Made by a program: the position numbers and the translations under genes. A DNA stretch of 64,000 bases from an uncultured Candidatus Saccharibacteria bacterium (GTDB lineage: Bacteria > Patescibacteriota > Saccharimonadia > Saccharimonadales > Saccharimonadaceae). This document shows positions 16,835 to 26,349 of the stretch, piece after piece. The stretch is from NCBI GenBank assembly GCA_947367565.1, contig CANBEI010000001.1:4976-68975 (forward strand). Direction: 5' to 3'. How positions within the stretch are numbered: position 1 is the stretch's first letter; the number at the start of each line of letters is the position of its first letter. The notes under the pieces were generated by a model that saw only the letters and a list, made by a program, of their open reading frames with translations, was not told where the DNA came from and made no database searches.

Positions 16835-16955
16835 AAAATCCCTCCATTCCTAAAATCTAGCACCACAAATTCGTAAGATACTTAAGGCATTAGTTTTACG
16901 CCTTAAGTACATGAAAAACCTGTGGCGCAAACATATAGTTTCGTCTTATGCTTTC

Positions 16956-16984
16956 ATTGTAGCATACTTGGTTGTTTTTGTCAA
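16956..16984 (-). promoter_or_regulatory. Consensus promoter cassette (TTGACA-17-TGCTACAAT)
   Basis: Minus strand reads GTATTGACAAAAACAACCAAGTATGCTACAATGA. The ~120-nt leader contains the hairpin ACTTAAGGC/GCCTTAAGT. Confidence 0.7.
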
Positions 16985-17064
16985 TACTTTTTACGCTTTT
17001 TTGGGAAAATACAAGGGTTTTGTTCTGTTGTAATTATGGAAAAAGATATTATAATAGTAATAAT

Positions 17065-18411
17065 ATGGATTTTCGAGTTGAAAAAGTACTGCCGAATGGC
17101 CTGGGGCGGGTCGGAACGATACGGACGGCGCACGGTGAGATTAAAACGCCGGCGTTCATGGCGGTGGGGACGCAGGGGCATGTGCGGTTTTTGTCGGCGG
17201 AAGATTTGCGCGGCATTGGGGCGCAGGCGATGTTGTCGAATGGGTTTCATTTAAGACGGAGGAGTCATGAAATTGCTGAAGCTGGCGGGCTGGCCGAATG
17301 GAAGCCTACCGAATCATTCTCTTCGGAACACGACGTCGACTCGTCCCGTCGTCACGGGCGAGTCGCGTCTTCGTCCTCGGTCGTAACCTCCGGAGATTCC
17401 CGAAAAGAAAATTCGGTAGGCCTCCGTCCGGATAACCTGTCAGCCGAGCCTTGGCGGGGTCCGACGCTGACCGATTCGGGCGGGTTTCAGGTGATGTCGC
17501 TAGGATCAGGATTAGGCAAGGTAGTATCGATGGAGAAGGAGCGGGGCGTAGTGAATACAGCGCATAAGGAGCGGCTGGCGCAGGTACGCGAGGAAGGCGT
17601 GAGCTTTATTGATCCATTTGACCATGAGCCGGAATTCATCGGGCCGGAGGAGTCGATGCAGATTCAATGTCGGATCGGGGCGGATATTCATATGGCGTTT
17701 GATGAGCTGACGTCACTGGCGGATACTTATGAATATAATATTGAGGCAATGGAGCGGACAGAACGCTGGGCTCTCCGGAGCTTAAGAGAACATATTAAAC
17801 ATCGTGATGACCTGGGTTATCGGCAGAATTTGTACGGCGTCTTGCAGGGTGGGCGCTGGGAAGATCTCAGGCGACAGACGGCGCGAAACTTGGCAAAGAT
17901 GGAAGTCGACGGGATAGGGTTTGATGGCTTCGGGCTAGGTGGAGCGTTTCTGAAAGAAGATTTAGGGGAGATTTTGCGCTGGTGTAATGAGGAGCTACCG
18001 ATGGATAAACCGCGACATTTACTTGGATTGTCGCATCCGGATGATATTTTGATTGGGGCGGAGATGGGAGCGGATACGTTCGACTGCGTGGCACCGATGC
18101 GCGAGGCACGGCATGGAAAAATCTACACCCGCGACGGAAATTATAATTTGCGCAAAATGGCAGATTCGGGAGAAGTGTTAGAACCGGGCTGTGACTGCGC
18201 GACGTGTCGAGCGGGGTGGACGAGAGGGAGCCTTAGGGCGCTATGGCGGTCGGGCGATACGGAGAAGAAACAAAAATACTATAATCTAGCTTCAACGCAT
18301 AATTTGAGATTTATCGTGCGACTGACCGAAGAAGTGCGACAGGCGATGTTGGATGACAACTTCGCAGAATACAAGTGCGAGTTTTTGGCGCGATATTACG
18401 CTGGACGATGA
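17065..18411 (+). CDS. tgt: Queuine/preQ1 tRNA-ribosyltransferase carrying a ~48-50 codon in-frame insertion
   Basis: MDFRVEKVL...GEIKTPAFMAVGT, LTDSGGFQV and DELTS motifs. Start moved to ATG 17065, 9 nt after TATAAT. Confidence 0.9.
   Translation: MDFRVEKVLPNGLGRVGTIRTAHGEIKTPAFMAVGTQGHVRFLSAEDLRGIGAQAMLSNGFHLRRRSHEIAEAGGLAEWKPTESFSSEHDVDSSRRHGRVASSSSVVTSGDSRKENSVGLRPDNLSAEPWRGPTLTDSGGFQVMSLGSGLGKVVSMEKERGVVNTAHKERLAQVREEGVSFIDPFDHEPEFIGPEESMQIQCRIGADIHMAFDELTSLADTYEYNIEAMERTERWALRSLREHIKHRDDLGYRQNLYGVLQGGRWEDLRRQTARNLAKMEVDGIGFDGFGLGGAFLKEDLGEILRWCNEELPMDKPRHLLGLSHPDDILIGAEMGADTFDCVAPMREARHGKIYTRDGNYNLRKMADSGEVLEPGCDCATCRAGWTRGSLRALWRSGDTEKKQKYYNLASTHNLRFIVRLTEEVRQAMLDDNFAEYKCEFLARYYAGR
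17300..17425. repeat. Structured GC-rich palindromic element, copy B, in frame inside tgt
   Basis: Outer arms GGAAGCCTACCGAAT / ATTCGGTAGGCCTCC. Apical hairpin GACTCG-T-CCCGT-CGTC-ACGGG-CGAGTC at 17338-17364, homologous to 6457-6483. 126 nt, equal to 42 codons. Confidence 0.8.
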
Positions 18412-18464
18412 GTTTTGCTGGACGCTAGGCCAGAAGCGTGTTACGATAGAGAAAAGGAGGTCAG

Positions 18465-19574
18465 ATGAGCAGAGCAATTGAAGTAGATACGAAGACGTTT
18501 GTGCGGTTTTGGTTGGTGATTTTGGCGCTGGGGTTGCTTGGGCTGTTCATCTGGAAGGCTTGGGCGGCGTTGATTATTATTGGTATTTCCCTCTTTCTCG
18601 CAGTGGCGATTCGACCACTGGCGCAGAGGATTAATAAGCTGACAAAAAAAGACCATGCGACGAGTTCGTCGGTAATCGCATACGCTTTGGTGATTGGCTT
18701 TCTAGGGGTGATTGTCGCGCTAGTGGGACCGGTGGTGATTGAGCAAACGACGCAGTTCGTACAGCAACTGCCGGATACCTTCGAGCATACGCTTGGCGGA
18801 TGGGATGGGATTAATAATTTCGGACGAACGCTCGGGATCAATAATCTACAGGAAGAGATTAGTAAATGGCTGGAATCGTTTTCGAGCGGTTTCGTCTCAA
18901 ATTTCGGTAATGCACTAGTAGTAAGTGTCGGGACAATTGCGCAGGTAGTAACGAATGTGATTTTGACAATCGTTTTGACGCTATTCTTCTCGCTGGAAGG
19001 GCCAGGAATCGTAGAGAGTTTTTGGAAGATGATCGAGGGTAAGCATAAGAATTCTGAGGTACGAGCTTATAAGAAACTGACTCAACGGATGGTGAATGTG
19101 TTTTCGACGTACGTTTCACATCAAGCGATGGTGGCATTCTTGGACGGGTGTGTGGTGACGATTGTGGTGCTGGTGCTGTCATTATTGTTTGGCTTTTCGG
19201 GTTCGCTAGCGTTGCCGATGGGGTTGCTGGCGCTAGTATTCTACTTGATTCCGATGTTCGGGCCGATTATTAGCTGCGGGTTAATTACACTCATTCTACT
19301 GTTTAGCTCACCGGTAGCTGCGATCGTGTTCTTAGTATTCTATATCGTGTATGCGCAGATTGAAAACAACGTGATTGCGCCGAAGATTCAGGGCAACGCA
19401 TTGAATCTACCGGCGACGGTCGTACTAGTGGCGATTATTATCGGGATGAACGTGTTTGGTCTAATCGGTGCGATCATTGCGATTCCGATTGCCGGATGCA
19501 TTAAGGTCTTAATCGAAGAAGTGCCAGGACTGCGCGAAGCGGAGATTGAGGAGCGACGCCGAGAAGAGGCGTAG
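18465..19574 (+). CDS. AI-2E family transporter (PerM/UPF0118)
   Basis: 369-aa multi-pass protein. IPMFGPIIS...YAQIENNVIAPKIQG is typical of the family. AAGGAGG upstream. Confidence 0.8.
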   Translation: MSRAIEVDTKTFVRFWLVILALGLLGLFIWKAWAALIIIGISLFLAVAIRPLAQRINKLTKKDHATSSSVIAYALVIGFLGVIVALVGPVVIEQTTQFVQQLPDTFEHTLGGWDGINNFGRTLGINNLQEEISKWLESFSSGFVSNFGNALVVSVGTIAQVVTNVILTIVLTLFFSLEGPGIVESFWKMIEGKHKNSEVRAYKKLTQRMVNVFSTYVSHQAMVAFLDGCVVTIVVLVLSLLFGFSGSLALPMGLLALVFYLIPMFGPIISCGLITLILLFSSPVAAIVFLVFYIVYAQIENNVIAPKIQGNALNLPATVVLVAIIIGMNVFGLIGAIIAIPIAGCIKVLIEEVPGLREAEIEERRREEA

Positions 19575-19608
19575 TAGCAAGTAGCGGCCTTGCAAAAGTT
19601 ATTGAGAA

Positions 19609-20028
19609 CTAGTTGATGTCAAAACTTTCGCTTTTCAAGTCGCAATAGTATCTGCCGGTTTTTGCCGTGAATTTCAGCACACAGTAGTCGGGGTCGGTTT
19701 TGCCGCCTTTATAAAACAGAGTATCACCCTTTCGCCAGAGTTTATCTTTCGTCTCTTGGTCGGTTAGAACTTCCATCTTGCCAACCAACATCACGCCTTC
19801 ATATTTAATCAATCCCTTACGATAAAAATAAATGCTAGCATGAGGATTCCGGAGGTACTGCCTCGTACGCAACGCAGAGGTATTGGTAGAAAAGTAAAAT
19901 TCTTTCAAGCCATTATGCTGACGTGGTTTTAGCATAGCTTTGATATTCGGAAAACCATTTTCATCTATCGAGCCGATGAAGCTTATTTTACGTTTATTTA
20001 TAAAACTTTCTAGTTGTTTTAAATTCAT
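19609..20028 (-). CDS. Pyridoxamine 5'-phosphate oxidase family (general stress protein 26-like) protein
   Basis: MNLKQLESFINKRKISFIGSIDENGFPNIKAML pattern. Start moved to MNLK. Confidence 0.6.
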   Translation of the reverse strand: MNLKQLESFINKRKISFIGSIDENGFPNIKAMLKPRQHNGLKEFYFSTNTSALRTRQYLRNPHASIYFYRKGLIKYEGVMLVGKMEVLTDQETKDKLWRKGDTLFYKGGKTDPDYCVLKFTAKTGRYYCDLKSESFDIN

Positions 20029-20079
20029 GTCATCCCACAAACTATAATTAAGCGGTGTTATTAATTCATATTATAACAG

Positions 20080-21300
20080 TTACGAATGAAAATAAGTGAC
20101 AATGAATTCACTGCCCTGGCCTAAGGCAGATTTGGCGCTGACTTGCCCTTGATCGGCTTTTATTACTGACCGCGCGAAAGAGAGGCCGATACCGACACTG
20201 GACGCGCTAGAGCCTTCGGCTTTGTAAAAGCGCTCAAAAATGTGGTGTAAGTCTTCAGGTGCAATACCGGCGCCATGATCGCGGATAGCGATGCGGGTAT
20301 AGGGCACGCGATCTTCGACGGAAATTTCAACCGTACTACCGATCGGGCTATGTTCGATACAGTTTTTGACAATGTTAGAGAGAGCTTCAGCCTGCCAACG
20401 AGGGTCTACCTTAATCTGAGCGGATAAATCGCCGGTGACTTTGAGTTGGATATTTTGAAGGTCGGCTAGGATTTCGACTTTTTCGCGAACTTGAGTAATC
20501 AGATCGCTTACCGGCATCACGCGTCGCTGCATGCGAATCGTGCCGTTATCAAACTTGGCGAGGTTCAGTAACGTCGTAACGAGGCTACTCATAGCAGCGA
20601 CCTGGCGGCTGGAGGAACGCAAAAAATCTTGACGCACGGCAGGCGGCATTTCTGGGTCGCTCTCAAGGTTATCGAGCACAATTTGGAGTGAGGTGAGCGG
20701 AGTTTTGAGCTGATGGGAAATATCGGCAAGGGCGGTTTCGAGTTGACGACGGATTTTGCGGTCATATTCGGAGGCTTCTTTGAGCGTGACTGTAATCTTA
20801 TAAAGTTCATTCGCAAACAACGAGAGCTCATTCTCGCGATTCGATTCAATGCGCAGGTCATAAACGTGATCATTGAGCTTCTGGACATATGTGACAAGGT
20901 TGCGAATTTGACGGCGCGCACGCCAATCGTGATAATAAAGATAAATCGCAAGAGCGCAACCGACGCAAAGAATCGCAAGCAACCCAATAGCTAACAGAGC
21001 CTTGCCATAGTCCATAGCGCCCGCAGTGGCAAAATCATTTTCCGTATAACCGTAAGTACGCAAGATGTCTTCGCCAGTAGCGCGAGCGTCAGCATTTTCT
21101 TGCGCGAGCGCACGGACAAGATCAGCTGAATCGATATCAGGATAACGCTCGGCGACCAGGCCAACTAATTCAGCAGTTTCGTCATTTGATTCAGTACGAT
21201 AATGCCTCCAGACTCCGAGACTGACGCCCACGAAGATTCCGCCAGCGATTAGCACAATAGTTAGTACCGGCAATGCCGTATGCCAGAGTCGCCGCCACAT
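20080..21300 (-). CDS. Sensor histidine kinase (two TM helices, HisKA + HATPase_c)
   Basis: ISHQLKTPLTSL H-box plus N, G1 (RDHGAGI) and G2 (GIGLSF) boxes. ATG 21300 lies 1 nt after the regulator stop, with AAGGGGGA upstream. Confidence 0.85.
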   Translation of the reverse strand: MWRRLWHTALPVLTIVLIAGGIFVGVSLGVWRHYRTESNDETAELVGLVAERYPDIDSADLVRALAQENADARATGEDILRTYGYTENDFATAGAMDYGKALLAIGLLAILCVGCALAIYLYYHDWRARRQIRNLVTYVQKLNDHVYDLRIESNRENELSLFANELYKITVTLKEASEYDRKIRRQLETALADISHQLKTPLTSLQIVLDNLESDPEMPPAVRQDFLRSSSRQVAAMSSLVTTLLNLAKFDNGTIRMQRRVMPVSDLITQVREKVEILADLQNIQLKVTGDLSAQIKVDPRWQAEALSNIVKNCIEHSPIGSTVEISVEDRVPYTRIAIRDHGAGIAPEDLHHIFERFYKAEGSSASSVGIGLSFARSVIKADQGQVSAKSALGQGSEFIVTYFHS

Positions 21301-21301
21301 A

Positions 21302-21967
21302 CTACTTATCCCCCTTGAAGCGATAGCCAAGGCTCTTAACGGTCTGAATCAGGTCGGGCTGACCAAGCTTCTCGCGTAAACGCTTAAGATAGACTGATAG
21401 AGTATTATCGTTTACAATGCGACCGGATGCACTATAAATCTCATCAAGTAGGCGCTCGCGCGCAACAATACGACCGGAGTTTTCAAGAAGGCAGCCAAGA
21501 AGCTTGCGCTCGAGTGCGGTTAACTCGACCGGAGCGCCGTCGATGCGAACGATTTGTTCATCGTAGTCGAATTCGACATTGCCGACTTGAACTCGATTTG
21601 AGACCAAGTGTCGGCGCGCTAGGACGTTCCGAATGCGCAGAAGCAATTCGCGGTTTCTAAATGGCTTAGTAATATAATCGTCAGCGCCGAGTTCTAGGCC
21701 ACGCACTACGTCTTCCTCGTTGTCGCGCGCCGTGAGGAAAATTAGAGCAATATTAGAATCTTTGGCGCGAATCTGCCCGGCGAGGCCATAGCCCTCTCCA
21801 TCGGGCAGCGAGACATCAAGCAAGCCTAAGTCGAATTCATGAGCGGCAATCATACTGAGAGCAGCGGCGAAGTTTTCGGCGAGACTGACGTCATAATGCT
21901 CGCGCTCAAGGAGATACATAATTCCCTTAGCAGTGAGCGGGTTGTCTTCAACGAGGAGGATTTTCAT
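21302..21967 (-). CDS. OmpR-family response regulator
   Basis: MKILLVEDNPL receiver domain and C-terminal winged helix (TVKSLGYRF). Start moved to 21967, 7 nt after TGCTATAAT. Confidence 0.9.
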   Translation of the reverse strand: MKILLVEDNPLTAKGIMYLLEREHYDVSLAENFAAALSMIAAHEFDLGLLDVSLPDGEGYGLAGQIRAKDSNIALIFLTARDNEEDVVRGLELGADDYITKPFRNRELLLRIRNVLARRHLVSNRVQVGNVEFDYDEQIVRIDGAPVELTALERKLLGCLLENSGRIVARERLLDEIYSASGRIVNDNTLSVYLKRLREKLGQPDLIQTVKSLGYRFKGDK

Positions 21968-21993
21968 AGAGTATATTATAGCACAGTGGCATT

Positions 21994-22038
21994 TTGTATG
22001 TACATTGTATTGATATTGTATTAACAATGTACATACAA
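21994..22038. promoter_or_regulatory. Inverted repeat TGTATGTACATTGT (x2), candidate response-regulator operator overlapping the -35 region
   Basis: GTATGTACATTGT at 21996-22008 and its perfect reverse complement at 22024-22036, directly upstream of the regulator promoter. Confidence 0.55.
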
Positions 22039-22047
22039 TGTCTTACA

Positions 22048-24270
22048 TTAGATATTTTCGTCGCGGATAGTTTCGATAATATTCTGTTTTTCGACTTGCT
22101 TAACCGAGTAGCGCATGATGATACCGATCAGGATGCTGACAGCAACAATCGAGATAATGACGGCCGACCACGGGAATATATAACCGAAATCCATGGCTTC
22201 AGCTAATGACTTGTAAATGCCATAAGAGAGCAGGAGACCAATCGGCAAACCGATAATGAGAGCTTTACTGACATACATGAGGCTTTCGAGCCGCACCATG
22301 CGCTTAAACTCGCGGTCGGTCATGCCAACGGAACGGAGCATAGCGAATTCCTTGGCGCGCAGAGCAATATTGGTCGTAATTGTATTGAAAATATTGGTTA
22401 CGCCAATCAACGTTACAACCGCGACAAAGCCATAGAGAAATATACTAATCAATAGATAAATCCGGCGCGACTGAGCCTGGGTTTCCTTAACGTCATCATA
22501 AAAGATCCGTTCAAAACGGCCACTAGCCTCGACCTCGTCAAGATATGCGATAATCGGCTTCACATCGTCGATATTTGCGGCGAAGAGCTGGAAGGTATCA
22601 TTATCGACATCAAGTCGATCGCGCTGATAATAATCTTCTGAAACAAAGGACAAGGTGCCGTAGTAATTTTCAAAACCGAGCGGCTTTTCGTCAATTAGTT
22701 TCGTGACCGGGAGCTTAATATTGCCAGAAGTATCATAGGTCTTATAGTTATGTTGGCTCTCGCCAGTGTCGAGATTGAGGGTTTCTTCGCTAGACCATCC
22801 GATTAGCTCGACGTCAATCTCATCACCATCACGCAGATCCGGGTGGGCGCGCTCGACGCGATATTGCCCCGTCTCTTCTGCAACCATAGTCCAGTCATTC
22901 ATGAGCATGACTTTGTTATAATCCTTAGCATTCACGCCGACTGACTGCGCAAAGTCTTCGAAATACTCATGATTCACGAGCGCAAGGCCAATGTCAAGGG
23001 CGTTCGTACGGGCGTAATAAGCGTAATCTTTGAGATCGAACTTCTCGACGAGTTCACGGTAAAAATCTGTGTCGGCGCCAGCTACAGCGAGGTCGATGCT
23101 GGAATTACCATAGATTGTGCTGCTAGCTTTCATGCCATAGCTCAAGAAGCTAGAGAGGCCGACAAAAGTCGCAACGGACAGTACGATCGAGATGACCGTC
23201 GTGCGATATTTTTTGCGACTACGTTTCAGATTTTTGTAGGCAAGAACACCACCGACACCCCAGATGCCACGAATAAAGCCGGGCGTATGAAGCTTCTTTG
23301 ACTTAATCTTTGTATCGTTGCTACCGCGAATCGCGTCAATCGGAGCAAGCTTGCCGGTACGAATTGCGGGCAATAAACTGGAAAGAATCACTGTCACAAA
23401 GCTGAGGCCGATTGTCACCGGGAAAATCCAAAACGGCATTGAGAAAGTAACGTCGGCGACCATCATGCCACTAAGCAAGATATTCATAACTGCGACTAAA
23501 ATTAATACTGCGATGACACCAAGTATAATGCCGAGCGGGATACCGAGTACGGCAATAACAAGCCCTTCAAAAAGGACATTGTGACGAATCTGACGCGGCG
23601 TAGCGCCAATGCTAGAAAGCATACCAAATTGGCGAGCGCGTTCGGTAGCAGAAATACTGAAACTATTACGAATGACGAAGATACTCGTCACGACGATAAT
23701 CCCGATAACAATAGCGGCCATATGGTAGAGTGCGCTCAGCGTACTATCGCCCATTACACCCTCATAGCGCAAAAGCTCGCTATTAGTCCGAGTATTGATA
23801 TACCCCGCGCCGCTTGATTCTAGCGCATCGAGAATGCCGTCCCGGATTGTCGCGTAATCTTTCGGCTGGTCGTAGCGAACATAGATATTATACTTGCCTT
23901 TCGCATCAGCTGGCAGGGTTGCGAGAGGCTGATATTGTGATTTTGTATAGGCGGCGTGCTGATACTCTTGGTAGGTTTCATAGTCGTCGCCAAGCTCATT
24001 TTCAGTCAGGGGAGTCGAATAATAGTATTTCTCGACATGCGCATTCTCTTCAATATATTTCAAGTCTTCGACCGGAACTTCTTCGTACATGTCATGGTAA
24101 TCGCCAGTATCAGCGACGGTCCAATCGATCATCATCTTTTGAATACTGGTCACCATGCCAACAACCGCCAGAATCAAGGCGGATGAGAGCATAACACCGA
24201 GCACGGTGACCAAAGTGCGGCGCTTATTCTCGCGCAAGCTCGCGATTGTGAGTTTCTCTAAAACTTTCAT
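22048..24270 (-). CDS. ABC transporter permease with two FtsX-type modules and two large extracytoplasmic domains
   Basis: 740 aa with hydrophobic helix clusters around residues 20-40, 190-310, 350-380 and 620-730. Adjacent to a MacB/LolD-type ATPase. Confidence 0.8.
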   Translation of the reverse strand: MKVLEKLTIASLRENKRRTLVTVLGVMLSSALILAVVGMVTSIQKMMIDWTVADTGDYHDMYEEVPVEDLKYIEENAHVEKYYYSTPLTENELGDDYETYQEYQHAAYTKSQYQPLATLPADAKGKYNIYVRYDQPKDYATIRDGILDALESSGAGYINTRTNSELLRYEGVMGDSTLSALYHMAAIVIGIIVVTSIFVIRNSFSISATERARQFGMLSSIGATPRQIRHNVLFEGLVIAVLGIPLGIILGVIAVLILVAVMNILLSGMMVADVTFSMPFWIFPVTIGLSFVTVILSSLLPAIRTGKLAPIDAIRGSNDTKIKSKKLHTPGFIRGIWGVGGVLAYKNLKRSRKKYRTTVISIVLSVATFVGLSSFLSYGMKASSTIYGNSSIDLAVAGADTDFYRELVEKFDLKDYAYYARTNALDIGLALVNHEYFEDFAQSVGVNAKDYNKVMLMNDWTMVAEETGQYRVERAHPDLRDGDEIDVELIGWSSEETLNLDTGESQHNYKTYDTSGNIKLPVTKLIDEKPLGFENYYGTLSFVSEDYYQRDRLDVDNDTFQLFAANIDDVKPIIAYLDEVEASGRFERIFYDDVKETQAQSRRIYLLISIFLYGFVAVVTLIGVTNIFNTITTNIALRAKEFAMLRSVGMTDREFKRMVRLESLMYVSKALIIGLPIGLLLSYGIYKSLAEAMDFGYIFPWSAVIISIVAVSILIGIIMRYSVKQVEKQNIIETIRDENI

Positions 24271-24273
24271 AGT

Positions 24274-24951
24274 CTACGCCCGCTCGTCTTTAATAATTTT
24301 GCCATCCTCAAACGTAATCACGCGGTCCGCCTGGCTGGCGATTTCGAGATCGTGCGTAATCATGATGATAGTTTGGTGGTATTTTTGATTAGAAAGTTTC
24401 ATGAGCGTCAGAATTTCTTCACCGGATTTCGAGTCAAGGTTGCCAGTCGGTTCGTCGGCAAGAATAATTGCAGGGTCATTAATCAAGGCGCGGCCGATCG
24501 AAACGCGCTGCTGCTGACCGCCGGAAAGTTGATTTGGGAGGTGAGACTTACGGTCATTTAGGCCGAGAGTATCGAGCAAGTTCTTCAGACGTTTTTTATC
24601 GACACGCTTACCGTCGAGGTCGCAAGGCAGGGTAATATTCTCCACGACATTCAAAATGGGAATAAGATTATAGAACTGATAAATAATTCCGACTTGGCGA
24701 CGGCGAAAAATTGCCAGCGCGTCGTCAGAAAGTTTATAAATATCTTCACCGTTAATCAAGACTTTGCCAGAGGTTGGACGATCGACGCCGCCGAGCAAAT
24801 GGAGCAAGGTAGACTTACCCGAACCGCTGGCGCCGACAATGGCAACAAATTCGCCCTCTTCGACCGAGAAGCTAACATGATCGACAGCATGAACTTTGTT
24901 CTCGCCTTTACCGTAAGTTTTGACGAGGTTTTCGACTTCTAATATCTTCAT
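24274..24951 (-). CDS. ABC transporter ATP-binding protein (MacB/LolD-like)
   Basis: [18 protein letters not shown] and [11 protein letters not shown] motifs. Confidence 0.9.
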   Translation of the reverse strand: MKILEVENLVKTYGKGENKVHAVDHVSFSVEEGEFVAIVGASGSGKSTLLHLLGGVDRPTSGKVLINGEDIYKLSDDALAIFRRRQVGIIYQFYNLIPILNVVENITLPCDLDGKRVDKKRLKNLLDTLGLNDRKSHLPNQLSGGQQQRVSIGRALINDPAIILADEPTGNLDSKSGEEILTLMKLSNQKYHQTIIMITHDLEIASQADRVITFEDGKIIKDERA

Positions 24952-25000
24952 ATTCTCCTTCTGTTAGATGTTATGAAGTTATTCTAACAAGTCAAGATGA

Positions 25001-26296
25001 CTATGGGGTGACTTTTTGGTCGACTTTAGGCCCACCTTCAGCCTTCTTCGCGGTATTTTTGACATTGTCCTGCGATTTAGATTCCGAGACCGGCTTAGTG
25101 ACGACCGTTTTCTGACCATCCTTAATTACGACTTCCTGCTTCATATCGGGCTTCTTAGTGCTCGCTGTTTTCTTTTCGTTCCCTTTATCCCCGGTCAAGT
25201 CGATCTTTTCAATAATGCGTACAGGCGGGGTACCGGCTGGTTTGTTTTCCTCGGCTTTGGCTGACGGCTTAGGTTTTTGAGTGTCAGATTCCTTGGGTTT
25301 GGTATCTTGAGTTTTTGACATAGTTCCCTTTTCAGTCTTCGGCTTTGCTTCGGTTTGTTTAGTCTTTTTAGCCTCATTCGCTTGCGGTTTAATTCCGACC
25401 GCCTCACCGTCCTTGCCACTGCTCATCGGAGCCGTTTTCGTCTTCGGTTCGTCATTCTTACCATTATTCGCCGGTGTCGCCTTTGAATTTCCCCGTGCGG
25501 CTTTTGCCTTTTTCGCGGCTTGCTGAGCTTCAATGACCGGTAAGTTGCGCGAGCCGGTCGTGACAAGTTTGACTGGTTTTTCCTTTGGTTTCTCGATGAC
25601 TTCCGGCTCTTCGTCTTCGACTTCTTCCTCAATCACCACGGTCTTGATCTTCGGCATGACAATATGCTCGGCAAGTTTTCCGCTTAGAGCGAAATCTAGA
25701 ATCCAGAAGATATAGCCAACGATTAAAGTGGCCGTCGCAAAAATTGCGAACCACCAGAGCATGGTATCAATACCAATACTTGGATAGTCCAAAAATTCAT
25801 AAGGGTAAACTAATGATGCCGAGCGCGACATCAACTCGCCAGACACGAGGATTAGCGCAACATAGACCACAGGTAGAGCCAGCCAATAAAACGGTTCATA
25901 GGCGCGCCATTTGCCTTTAGCACTAAACATGACCCACGACATAATCATTAATATCGGCAAGATGAACTCTATCAGTATGACATTCACACCAACACTGGGA
26001 ATATAACTATCGAGCGCATAGTAAACAATACGAATCAAAAGCAGTAAGACGCCAGAAACGATTAGCCCGCCCTGGAGCATGGGGCAGACTTCGGTGCCGA
26101 TCGGCCGACGCTTCGCGAGGAGTGCAAATAGCGCGTCAACTATATAATATATGGCAGCCACCAGAGCCACCCAAGTCGCAAATAGACGCCAAGCACTGTC
26201 GCCGAAACTCGCAAACTGAATCCAAGTCGCGAGCCCCGCTAGAATCCCAATAATAAAGTCAAATGTCACCATAGCGGTGCGATTTTGTATATGCAT
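25001..26296 (-). CDS. Integral membrane protein with long Lys/Pro/Glu/Thr-rich low-complexity C-terminal tail
   Basis: 431 aa, about six N-terminal helices then KPKEKPVK...KPKTEKG-type repeats. TGGTATAAT lies 6 nt upstream of the ATG. Confidence 0.7.
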   Translation of the reverse strand: MHIQNRTAMVTFDFIIGILAGLATWIQFASFGDSAWRLFATWVALVAAIYYIVDALFALLAKRRPIGTEVCPMLQGGLIVSGVLLLLIRIVYYALDSYIPSVGVNVILIEFILPILMIMSWVMFSAKGKWRAYEPFYWLALPVVYVALILVSGELMSRSASLVYPYEFLDYPSIGIDTMLWWFAIFATATLIVGYIFWILDFALSGKLAEHIVMPKIKTVVIEEEVEDEEPEVIEKPKEKPVKLVTTGSRNLPVIEAQQAAKKAKAARGNSKATPANNGKNDEPKTKTAPMSSGKDGEAVGIKPQANEAKKTKQTEAKPKTEKGTMSKTQDTKPKESDTQKPKPSAKAEENKPAGTPPVRIIEKIDLTGDKGNEKKTASTKKPDMKQEVVIKDGQKTVVTKPVSESKSQDNVKNTAKKAEGGPKVDQKVTP

Positions 26297-26349
26297 GATT
26301 TGATTATACCATAAGTTGGATAAAACAGTGCGCGGCCGTAAAAACTGGA

